A stretch of DNA of 64,000 nucleotides from Pelomyxa schiedti. Taxonomy: Eukaryota; Protista; Evosea. Where the stretch lies: NCBI GenBank assembly GCA_020536535.1, contig JAHLWZ010000171.1, positions 124,001 through 188,000 on the forward strand, read 5' to 3'. The notes beneath the pieces are model-generated. The model searched no databases. It was not told the DNA's origin and saw nothing but the letters and a program-made list of their open reading frames with translations. Below are positions 52,858-64,000 of the stretch, one piece after another (positions within the stretch are counted from its first letter, which is position 1; each line of letters opens with the position of its first letter). A program made the position numbers and the translations under genes.

Positions 52858-55021
52858 TTATGGTATTTGTAAAATACCAGTCAAGTCATTGTTGATGTTA
52901 TCTGTAACGTGGAGTGGTGCAGGAGTACATGCACATAGGTCAACTGGCTTAACTGGTACGCTTACTTTTTTGTGTTGAATCTTTTTTACAGCCTTGGATA
53001 GAGAAAAAGACCCAAATCGAGGTTTTTCCGCATTGGATGTGCCACACATTGCTTGATAGCGTGCTTGCAGTGCTATTCGTATCATTTCATGGAAGCTTTC
53101 CTCAATGTTTATTCTCAGGCAAGCACTGGACTACATTCTGTTTAGGACAAGATGGAAAAAGATGAATACCTCAAAGAAAGGACATCGCATTTCCTTGGCT
53201 AATGCTTTACCCTCTTCTGTGGAGACTTTCCTTTCTGCTACGAGGTCACATTTTCCTCCAATTAAAATTTTTGGGTAATCTATTGTGTCTTTCAATCTGA
53301 TGATCTGATCGTGAAACCGTGGCACTTCACAAAACGAATCCCGGGAAGTGGTGGCGTACCTTATAGCAAATAAATAAGTCATGGGCAAAGGTGCGCCAAA
53401 CCCTAGAGAAAAAACTTCATAGCTTTTCATGTATCTTTGTAAAGGGGAGAATAGAGGAAATGAAATTGAATAAAACAAAGCCAAGAGAGTTACTGTTCTC
53501 TCATAGCGGAGTACCTTGGATTGGTTAAGGGACAAGAAAATATGGATAGAATTACTCTTCTTGCCCAGCTATTTGTTTCATGAGATACGAAAATTTAATG
53601 AGGAAGTTCAACCTGTATCAAGAATGTCACACATTACAGTTATGCCATCGACAGTGACCTGCTTCCTATAGGACTACAAATGTTATCTTTTTTCACAAAT
53701 TAGTGGCGGATACGTCTTCAATAGTGGGGTCATATTCAGTAATAAAGTGACTCTGCACTAAACCATAAGTGACAATAAAACCCATGGTAACAAAGTGCAG
53801 ACCTGAACAAACTGAATTATGGTGGCTGATTTCGTTCCAATTCCACCACCACCAACACAAGCTATCTTTATATCGTCTCTGATACAAAATTTGAAAGGAG
53901 GCACCTGAAAAACAGCAGAAAGTTTCTGCAGAGCAGTTTCGCCAACTACATTATCCCGAATGTTGAGTGAAGCTGGCCTGTGACCTTCTGATATCGTCGC
54001 CAATGTGAGGCAACCAGGCTCTGAAATGTTACACTTTCCAAGGGACAGAACCATTAGAGGTGGTCTCCTACATAGGGCTTGGCTCAAGTAGGACATGCTG
54101 GAATCACCAATTGGATTTTTATCAAGAATAAGCTCTTGTAGGGCAACGTTGGAAATCAAACCACTAGAAAGAATTTGTATGCATTTCTCATCCAGACCGC
54201 ACCGGGGCAGCGCTAGAACTCGAAGAGAAGTACTCACTGAGATATGTGGTGCCATCTCAGCCATTGCCCGTGCTGATATTTCAGTCCTGGACTCAAACTC
54301 TTCAAGGTGCTGTAAGTGTGTAGAAAGTGCCTCTGCTTCCTCAACTTTCATAGCAGCTTTCGGAAGACGGTCAGGCGGTTGGACCACAAGTACACCAAGC
54401 AAATGGCCACACATTGATGATATCCCAGACTTGAAATTGGCATCGCCAGTTGTCACAGACACATTGCGGAGGACTGACAAGTGGCAGCCAAATGGCGACC
54501 TGCCAATCTTGCATTGGTTACAGTGGCCACAATGGCGCTCACCACTCTGGTGGTGCCTATCACCCGCTGCGCAGAGTTCCCCAACGTGCCTGCAGAGCAA
54601 GCTCATAGATACAGGACCAAACGCGTGGCAGCTCCAGTAATATCTAGGTTCGTAAGAGATTGTCCGCAGGTTCCCGAGTAGCCCCCGAAGTTGGACATAT
54701 CCGGGTGCCCCATGAATCCCCAAAAGCATAGACAATGAAGGGACGCTGCCAAGATCAACATGTCAAACTAAACTACTGGGGGGAAAAAGACGAAACAAAA
54801 AGGGGGGGGGTGGAGGTCCTCAACTGTACGGAACCTGCGTGGTCCAAGACTAGGTGGTACGAGGGGCCCCCGTTGGTGTTGTCAACGTGTGCTGCCACGT
54901 TGTCGAACAGATCAGATGCAGCTCGCACCAAATCAGTGTTGCATGGGTCGTCCTCCGTCAATGACTGGCCGCACCTCGCTGCCTCCAGAAGGCGGTCGCT
55001 GTGGCCAGGTCCAAAGTACAT
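52858..55021 (-). CDS. RNI-like leucine-rich repeats fused to a divergent Ras-family GTPase domain
   Basis: LRRs LRVLALPRCGL, LQELILDKNPIGD, LSLGKCNISE; Ras motifs YDPTIEDSYRKQ, DILDTAGQEEYSAMREQ, GKCDL, CPFFESSAC. Confidence 0.85.
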
Positions 55022-55268
55022 TTTTTTTTCGCCCACGAAACGATCTGTTTATGGGAAGAGACTCTGTGGGTGATAGACTTAGGTGGAGTCGAAGTGTTCG
55101 TGGAGCGAACCCAGGGGGAGCCTCTGGAATGGTTTAATAGAGGATGAGAGTGTAGTAGTTCAGAACGCCGCAGTTTGTTCCTTATCTGGTGACTCTCCTG
55201 GACTTGCTTCAGGTTAAATTCGTTTAGTGGTGACAGTCCCCAACGAACAACAGAAAAAAAAACCAAGG

Positions 55269-56013
55269 ATGCAGCAGGTGACGGATGCATTGAATTCGGT
55301 GAAGACCATGTTGGGGGCGGAGGAGCCAAAGCCCAAAACGTTTTGGGAGGAGTTATCGAGTAAATTTCAGTTGTCTTGGTTCGCAGTTAAAACTCTGTCC
55401 TTTTTTTTTTCCTCCCTCCTTGTCGTGCCTTCATTTAACGGTTTTTTGGATCAGAGAATAGGTCTGTTCATAGTTTTCATGCTGATAGGCCTTTTCTTTT
55501 GTGGCTTGGTTTGCACCACTTCTCTGTATTCTAACTGATTGCACCTAGTCAACGTTATTCCTCTTGAGCCCCACATCCTTCGCCAAGTTCTACACCTTTG
55601 GTAGTATTTTCATAATTGCCAGGTACATTCATAACTTCAATTCTGTTTTCTGAGTAGTGGCAGCACGTTCTTCCTTGTTGGACCAGCAAGACAAGTTTCT
55701 AGCATTTTTTCTGACAAAAGCCGGGCTATTTCGGCTGGAATATATATTAGCACCATTATTTTAACTTTGTACAGTGCTCTTTATGTACGTTCCCACCAAT
55801 TCCATGAGTTTTTTGTTTGACACGCCACTTCTAGCTTCACTGGATATCTCTCACAACACTAGCGGTCATGGTGCAATTTGCTGCTGCATTATGGTACCTC
55901 TCTTTAGTGCATAACACCAACATCTCTCACAAAGTCTTAGGTACGGGGCCTCTTACATTCCATATGCCCAAAATTGCCTCGTCTCCACAGCTCGTACTAT
56001 TCTTCCAATATGA
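55269..56013 (+). CDS. SFT2: Vesicle transport protein SFT2 (Got1/Sft2 family)
   Basis: LSW..RIGLF; FAKFYTFGSI; STFFLVGPARQ; WYGASYIPYAQ; four TM helices. Confidence 0.88.
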
Positions 56014-56296
56014 GGCCCACTTCCGTACCTTGTTTCAACTATAAACCAAACCACATTCCTTTTACTATGGCGCGGGAACCTTTCATGAAAGGTACTTAGT
56101 CATACAAGAAACAGGGCAACGACCACCGGGTTGTTGTATCTTCACTATGAGCAAAGACAAAGGTGAGGCGACTCTGCCATTTCAGCAGCAGTAGCCTTTG
56201 GTAACAAGAAAAACTCTTGTCACCAAATTCGGTGGACTTTTTCCTCAGACCTCGTATTCTCCGATCGAACAGTTCAATCGATATTTTAATTTTGAG

Positions 56297-57890
56297 ATGG
56301 GCATTACCTTCACCAAGGCACCTGCGTTGTCGCGCGACAAAGTTGTCCCGTGCCTGGCACGATCCGGCATTTTATTTGACACATGCCTCAGATCGCAGCC
56401 CACGCCACACGATGTAACAAATTCTGACGGACCAAGACCCGTACGTGCGGCGACTACTCACACTGCCACTACAGCGGTTACAGTTACGGCTAAGGGAGGA
56501 GATGGGCGTACTAGGAGTGCAGATCTGGTAGATCCGTTGGCAAGGTTGCCCCCGAATCTGTTGGCTGCGCACCTTGGTGCAAGGGATATTATTTTGCTGC
56601 AGCGCGTGTGTCGTGGCTGGAAGTTGGCGTTGACGTCCGAGTCAGTTTGGGAGCCACTGTTGTCGAAACTGGTGTGTAGTGCTTGAATAAAGACTTGGGG
56701 ACTGATCCACGCCCATTTCCGGTTGCAATTGTCCGCTTCAACTTGTTTTACTTCAGATACCTGTGCACCTTGACTTGAGGAGTAGGATCACGGCCAAGTT
56801 GGTGAGTGAAGGGGTTGCTGCAAGGTCATATTCCGTATTTGTTGCCCTTCTGCAAAAATTTACTATTGCAGGCACCGTTGAAGACTTTTTGACGGTACCA
56901 TCCTTTTCTTCCGTTTTTTTCTCCTAAAATATTAAAGTGGGGTTCATTTACAGAAGAAGAGAGTGCACTTCTGCTTTACAAGGTCATGGCACTTGATCGC
57001 ACTGAGCTTATGAAAGTACTGTATCAAAAGCTAGAGATACTGCCTTTATTCCTCTCGCACCTGGACTTGCGGTAGGAGGATATTTCAGAAATTCCACTAA
57101 TTTTCTTGTGATTCTAGAGGACTCACTATTATCGAGGCACAACAGGCACTCTACAACATTGTAAAACCACTTCATTATTTTGACGCAGCAGAACTTCTGT
57201 CATTCTTGGCCCAAGAGTATGTACACCAAAATGAAGTGGATCCTGGCCAGTGTCGATCCCTTTTGGATTCAGCAGGTTAGGCACCTGAATCCAAGTACAA
57301 ACTAATGCTAGAAAAATTTACACCCTTTAGATCTTCCTTCAGCTCGTATTGGAGAGTTAATTTTTGAAAGCCTTAATTCTGATCGGACCGAACTGGCATC
57401 CTACTTGCTAAAGAGAAATCCAAAAGAACGCTGCGAAGCTTACAGTCACGCATTTTGTTTTAAGGGCTTGAATTTTGTTGCTGGTATTGGTGCCTTTTTG
57501 GCACCAGTACAAATACCTGAGGAATCACAGGTTTCTTATCCTCCTGGCAGTGCAGTATAACAATACCTCAAGCAAATTGATCGCTTATTGTCAGAATTTG
57601 CTGTGCGCTTTTGGGAGGCGAATCCTGAATTATTTGAGAATTCTGACTCTGCCTACATGCTGGCTTTTTCTGCGGTAATGCTCGTAGTGGACATGAAGAC
57701 GCAGACACCAGCCAGAAGAATGACCCGGCCTCAGTTCACCAAAAACGTTGCTGGTTGTAACAACACCAAGGACTTCTCCGAGAGTCTTCTCCTTTCTGTC
57801 TGGAATGCTTGCGAGCTCACTGCGGAGGCTCAGAAGGCAGCCCGCGTTCTTCAAAAGCGCTCGCTTTGGGGTTCCAAAGGTTCACCGTGA
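56297..57890 (+). CDS. F-box plus Sec7 (Arf-GEF) domain protein
   Basis: F-box DPLARLPPNLL..HLGARDIILLQRVCRGWK; Sec7 IPEESQ|QIDRLLSEFAVRFWEANP..F.NSDSAYMLAFSAVML..MTRPQFTKN. Confidence 0.82.
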
Positions 57891-58013
57891 CATCTGATGA
57901 CAATCGCCCAAACCCAGCTCAGCTCCATCAAACAAGCCGTAGACTCTTCTTTGTTTTGAGGTTTTTTCGTGCCATTCTCTTTTAAACTCTCTTCAACGAA
58001 CATAACAAAAAAA

Positions 58014-59592
58014 ATGGCAGCGAAAATACTGGTTGTCAACGACGACGGGATTGATGCCCCGGGGTTACAAGTTCTGCTTGAGGTCCTCTCACGGCACCGT
58101 CCCCACTACTCGTGCATGGTATACCTCTCATTCTTTTAGCCAGTGAAGCCAACAACCAATTTTTTTTTTTCCTCCCAACCGACTCGTTTGTTTTCTTTGC
58201 ACGACACACGTTGTGCGGCCTTTATCGAATGTCAAAAATGACAAACGACAGGTAGCAGCACCCAAAAACAACCAGTCCGCCGTAAGCCACCGCATCATGC
58301 TGCGCGGCGACGTCCGCGTGTCGCGGCACACGATGCCCCGCACGCCCGGCGTGCCCGCCGTCCGCGTCGACGCGTGCCCCGCCGACTGCGTCCGCGTCGG
58401 CCTGCATGTCTTCTTCGGCCACAGCGCCAAGCCCCCGCGCCCTTCGTCGACGCCGGTGCCGTCCTCGTCGCCTCCTCCGCCTTCGGTTTCTCCCGGGCCA
58501 AATTCAAATGCAATTGCAAGTTCCACGTCGACTTCTGAATGCAACTGCGGCGGCAATGTAAGTAGGAGTGGCAGTAATGGTGACATTACACAACTGTTGT
58601 ATCCGAAGCCAAAGTCTATGGCTGATAGACCTGTCATTGGGAGGGAGGTTCATGTGTCGAACTGTGCCACGTCGGGGAGCACCCCTTTGATTCCGACTCC
58701 AAGCTCTCCCATTGTGACCCACTTTGGCAGGGACTGTGACCATGATTGTGGTGGGGATGGCAGAGGACTGATAATGCCTCCAAACACACCCACTTTCGCC
58801 CACACGATGATGTTCTCTTCTTCCACTCCGCCACCCAATGAAGAGCTCTCCCTCCTCCCTCTGCAACAGTACATGCAAAATAACTGGCCGGCTGAGGGAC
58901 TGCCGGATTTGATCATATCTGGTGTAAACCATGGGAGCAATGATGGCTTGAATGCAGTATACTCTGGAACTGTCGCGGCAGCCCTGGAGGGAGCCTTGCA
59001 AGGAATCCCAAGCTTGGCCGTATCCATTGATTTACCGACTTATGATGTAGGTGGACATCTATGTAACTCTCATAAAAACTTATCCTTCCTTTTACACTTG
59101 GGCAGAAACCAGTGTTGGAGTCTGAAATTCCCTTCGCCGAGGCTGTAGAGTATATTTTACCACTTATCGACCTGTGCATAAGAGAGCGGATGCCACGATT
59201 GCATATTTTGGCCGTAAATCTTCCTTACATTGAGACCGGGAAGCCCTACACACCGAAAGGCTTCCTCCTCACGCAACAGACCCACACCACCCTGAACCCC
59301 ATCTTCAAAGAAGGTTCTCCCAATTCCCATGAAGTTACGCGCAACTCACAACCTTCATTTCGGGCGTGCAGGGCAACAACTTCCAGAGCAAGTCGGAGAA
59401 GAAGTGGCCCTGACCATCGACAAGAGCCAGTTCAACATCATATCCGTGCCGTCCCAGAGTGACACGGCTGCCATACTCAATTCGTGGGTTTCTGTTTGCC
59501 CCCTGCGCGCCGACTACGGGGCCCTATGCATAACCTCTACCTCTGCCCCATCCTGGCCCACCCTGCAGACCTGGCCAATCTTCTCCCCCTGA
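58014..59592 (+). CDS. surE: SurE-family 5'/3'-nucleotidase with a large internal insertion
   Basis: [14 protein letters not shown]; [13 protein letters not shown]; PADCV; [13 protein letters not shown]; [11 protein letters not shown]; WVSVCPL. Confidence 0.88.
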
Positions 59593-60464
59593 ACTTGTCT
59601 CTCCCCCTTTGTTGTTCAAAAAAAAAAACCCATTTCGCGGATTCCCATCATGTTGTGGCCACCAGGTTGTCGGCTTAAGCGTTGCTTGGCAATAAGAGGA
59701 CACGGAAACGATTGTGGGTGCCGGGGAGGCCGGGGATGGGAAGGAGGATGAATGTGAGAATGTGGGCGGCTGTGATTTCTATTATGACGGAGGGAAGCGA
59801 GAGGCAACAGCCTGTTTGTGTGCATCAAATACCATTTGTGTGGCACTTGAGCGCAAATCTGTCGCTTGGTGTAGTGTACTTATAGGTGCTATTACTTGTT
59901 TACAGTAAGGTATGTGATGTGTGAGACAAGCACTTTGTATCAAGATAGCTCTGTTCGGTTATGTGGAAATGACACTGCGTCTTTTGTTGAATGTGGATCC
60001 ACTATATAGAGATATATATATCTAGTGATACTCATTCATTTTTAAAGTATTGATAGCACATACCCTAGAAGGGTTCTTCCTTGCGAGGCCGATTCCACTG
60101 AGAAGATTAATCTTTTGTACAACCATAGGCAATCCCCTTCTACGGCAATAGAACTTACAGAGGCTTTGTGCAAGAGGAATCTGCAACACGTAAGTGGGAG
60201 AGCCTAAACCTAAGGAAAACCTCTATACAACCTGGAAGAGAGCGAGGAAACGGACTGACAAGTATGTCACAGAGGCAGTGAGGCTGAGGCCCAAGAAGCT
60301 CAGGGCCACACCACAAAGGTACCAACCAAGAAGGGAAAAAGGAATAGGATTCTAAGAGCGGAATCTTGTTATACAAATACAGACAATCTCTTTTTCGTCC
60401 AATTTCTCCTTCAACGAAACACAGAAAACAAACAACAAAAAAGCCCCAACACAAACAGCACGGG

Positions 60465-62345
60465 ATGGAATTGTTCAGTGTTGTGATTGAGGACAGGGAG
60501 AGACTGAGGACTACGTTGCCTTGTGACACAAATAGGCTGCCAATACGCATTGTCCTCCTAAATTCGGACTCTGGTGTGTTTGGCCTCTAGATGCACGCGA
60601 TGAGCGATTTTCGTTGTGCTATATTTCTGTTTCTTCGTGTTACTTTGTTTGTTATGATTATTAGTTGTTGCTTATTTAGAGTATTTTTTCTTCTGGTCAA
60701 GTGCAAACTAAATATCTTATAAAATGAAGGAGAGACTATTGCATACTGCAATTTGTTGAAGGTTGTGGGAAGTGATGGTATTGAGAGTGCGGGGCTGAGA
60801 TCAGTTGTTACCACCAAAGAATTTCGTGGGAAGGTTGGCCACTAACATTTCTTAAGGCTTAATATACAAATGTCTCTTTCTTATTGCCTTTAGGGTTGGG
60901 GAAGAAAACTTCTCAGAGTAGCTGAAGGCGCTGCTACTTCATTGGCCTTTCCTTGCATTTATGTATCTGTGATGAACCAAGATGAGACTAACGCAATGGG
61001 GTTTTACCGGCACATGGGATATGAACCGGCTCAGCCCTATACCGCTCAGCAAGCAGCCACAGATCCCTCTATGACATCGCCTTCAACTATGGTCTTCTTC
61101 AGCAAGAAGCTAGTACTATGTACTACTGGGCCTTCTGCGTCAACAGGCGGGCATAGAGATAGCTCCGACGTTTGGGTTGATGCCAACTGGCTGTCTACAG
61201 TTACCGGGCAGAGAGTACAATCAGCATCCATCGAAGGAATGACAGCAACCGGCGGATTATCAGGGCAATTACGTAGGATTAGGTGCCAGCTACAATGCGA
61301 TACTACATCACCTACCACTCCAGCAACTCCATCTCCAGCAAGTGAGAGTACTGTGGTTCTCAAAACGCAACCGCGGGAGGCACTGCAACAAAGCAAAGGA
61401 CTTGGGCAACCCAGAGAGGCCTTATTCTACATACATATGAGAGCGGAACTAAGTTGCTGCCTACCGCATGTCTATTACTCCTTCGGAGATATGTCCACTG
61501 GCGAAAAGTTTGTACTTATGGAGGACCTGGCCAAAAAGCCGTGGGTACAGCTAGGCCAGCTTTATGGTCCCGGGTCCCCTCTGAACTGGGGAAAGGACCT
61601 CAGTGCAGTCAACGCACGAGCTGTTGCAAGTGGGGAGACTGAAGCTACTCTCACAGAAAAGAGCTTCCGGATTGCTGCATGGATGCATGGTACCTATTGG
61701 ATGAGGACTGAGCTTCTTGGTGTGGAATGGCTCAGAGGTACAGACTGGCTTACGGGAAAGAACAGGGAGTCATGGGAGTTCTCCATGCAGATGTGTATCA
61801 GCGGATGGAAAAAGGCCAAGGAAACTCTGGTTGGGGTGAACTGGGACCCACTTCTTGTTGCCTGTATGGATTCCAGCTGTGCTAAAGCATCCTGGGAGAA
61901 ATACAGAGAGCGAGTGACATCACCCAACAGCCCATGGACTCTCACCCATGGAGACTTCCACCCAGGCAACATGATGTGGAGAGAGGGTGGTGAAATGCTG
62001 CTTCTCGACTGGGAAGTTGTTGGTGTGGGAAATGGTCCTCAGGACCTCAGCCAGTTTGTCATTTCCCACGTGGCACCTCAGTCAAGGAGGGCCATTGAGC
62101 ACTCCGCAGTTGAGAAGTATTACACCCTGCTTCTGTCAGTTGCAGGCAACAAGGCCAGTGGGTACACATTTGAGCAGTGCTGGAATGACTATGTAGCTGG
62201 AGGCCCTGCTCGTTGGGTGTGGCTTCTGGCCCTGCTGTGTGGTATGTGCCCTGTTCCTATGGTGCAGTACTTCCAGGATCAATTGGCTGCATTCTTAACT
62301 GATCACCACATTACACCAGAAACCATGGAAATGCCGAGAGTTTAG
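60465..62345 (+). CDS. GNAT acetyltransferase fused to an APH/choline-kinase-like (EcKL) phosphotransferase
   Basis: GNAT RSVVTTKEFRGK|GWGRKLL...AMGFYRHMGY continues in the same exon into VVLKT, REALFY, VLMEDL, LTHGDFHPGNMM and LLDWE..G.GPQDL. Confidence 0.8.
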
Positions 62346-62649
62346 AAACCTCTGAGAGATGAAGGAAAGAAGAGTTTCTTTTTCCTCTCAGTTCCTTTGA
62401 TGCCCTGTCCACAAAGATCTTTCCCATGAGTGGTTGTAGTGTAGGGAACCAGCCAGGAGTGGTGAAGAACCAGGAGTATGCATGTGACATTTCAGGGAGA
62501 AGTGTGAAGAGTGGGGTGGAGGGTACCCTCAAAGTGAGAACACTAAGTTTTTTCCTTAACCCTCTTGAACTGGTAACCCCTCCCTTGTTGTTTGGACCAT
62601 TCTGGGGCCCCAACGGTCAGCCCCAATAAAAAATTTATCCGGGACAAGC

Positions 62650-64000
62650 TCAAAGAAGTTGTTCAGTGAACGTTGTTGGTGGAACCTCAGCAGTTTCAGT
62701 CGAGATGGTTGCTTGTTGTGCGAGGACGGGCTCAGCAATTTCTGGTGGCATGGCTGGGGCTCCCTGCTCCACGCGGCTGAATACTTCTTTCCATTGGCAG
62801 GCTATCTAGATACAAACACGAGATTGGTTAGCACATGGGTATTTGATTTTTGAGGGTGGAGAGACTGGTTGATATATATATATGTGGAAAGAAAACGTGG
62901 GGATACCTTGTCGTGGACATCGGCGTAGAGTTGGGAGAATCCGTGCAGTAGGTGCTGAACCTCCTCTATGCGGCAACTGTGCATGTGTTCCAGGTCTTTT
63001 TTGCTGATTGTGGAGAACTCTTCCAGTGCGGTTTTGGTAGATGCCACATTTTGTTCAGCCTTGAGAATTGGTGAGGTTTTTTGTTTTGATATTATTGAGG
63101 CTTTGTACTGTTGCTTTGTCTTGCGGAGTGTGCTTGCCTTTCTCGACTTTCTCCAGTTTGGCTGTTGTATCCCGATATGCAGAAAGTACTAGGTCACGTC
63201 TATCTAGTAATTCCTACAAGAAAGGTGATGTTTGAGGAATAAAAAAACCGAAAATATCACTTTTGTGGCTAGAAGTTCTCTCCACCAATCCTTTAGTGCA
63301 TCCTCAAAATGCACGGACAGTTGGCTTATCTGGGGAAACTGAGGGAATAAAAGAATTCAAAAGGAAATTACCATTTCCTGTAAAAGCTGGGAAATAGCCA
63401 CAAACGTTGCTTGAACTAAATCATAATTCCCACTCATTTGCTTGTCTGTTTCCGCCAAGTGTTGTGAGAGTTGCTTCAATGTTGTGGCATAGTCGGCATA
63501 GCCAGAGGCCATTTCTTACAAACTTTAGATTGCACAAATATACAAGATACCTTTCCACTTGGACAACATGTTTCCAATAGTGGTAATGACTGACTTGATT
63601 TGTACCTCAAGCTCGATAGCATATTGCCTCTTGTGCTCAAAGAAAGGATCCTGTGATGTGACATGTAAATTTTTTGTGTAGGATGAAAATCAACTTTACA
63701 GGGTCGGGTTGCCGTTTTGATATCATACTAGTAAGAACTGCTGCTGTGTTGCTTCCAAAGACCTTGAAAGTAGAAGAAACTGCCTGTAGAGTTGGCTTCT
63801 GCTTTTTGGCTGTTTCGAGATCCTAAATAGATTGTAAGAGATATACCACCATGTATTTTTCTCACAGTCTGAGTGGCATTGAGGAACAGAATAAATTTGG
63901 GGTTTGAGACAAGAACAGGATGTGAAGCAACACGAATCAAAAAGCGCTCTAGCTCCCTCTCTCGATATTCCACAAGAGGTGCATTCACGCTAACACGTGC
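62650..64000 (-). CDS. Sorting nexin (PX-BAR, Vps5/SNX1-like), 5' part outside the window
   Basis: End of PX domain VEYRERELERFLIRVASHPVL..F.LFL; helical BAR-like exons DPFFEHKRQYAIELE and ALEEFSTISKKDLEH. Confidence 0.82.

Noticed and set aside
52858-55021. Roco/LRRK protein
   Set aside because: The GTPase is Ras-subfamily (YDPTIEDSY, DTAGQEEY) and no COR or kinase domain follows

Overview
Gene-dense, intron-rich eukaryotic DNA with about 31 recognisable protein-coding genes. Introns are mostly 40-120 nt GT-AG, with at least two predicted GC-AG, and intergenic gaps are often only 50-250 bp. Actin signatures ([16 protein letters not shown]), a class II aldolase and several prokaryote-type enzymes point to an anaerobic amoebozoan of the Archamoebae (Pelomyxa/Mastigamoeba-like; inference). 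I saw no rRNA, tRNA, CRISPR array or intact transposon. The ORF track fragments nearly every gene, so I rebuilt gene models by hand-splicing; ends are approximate where stated. Highlights: (1) an exactly 76-aa ubiquitin-like domain ending LLGG spliced in frame onto the Sm-like protein LSm4; (2) a divergent bacterial-type PurA-like ligase whose aspartate-binding loop is replaced, lying head-to-head with a HAD phosphatase; (3) an alpha-actinin-type CH1-CH2 actin-binding domain split by a ~520-aa Pro-rich spacer; (4) a GNAT-APH/choline-kinase-like fusion; (5) LRR-Ras, pseudokinase-RING and 7TM-kinase fusions; (6) intron-poor, probably laterally acquired enzymes.
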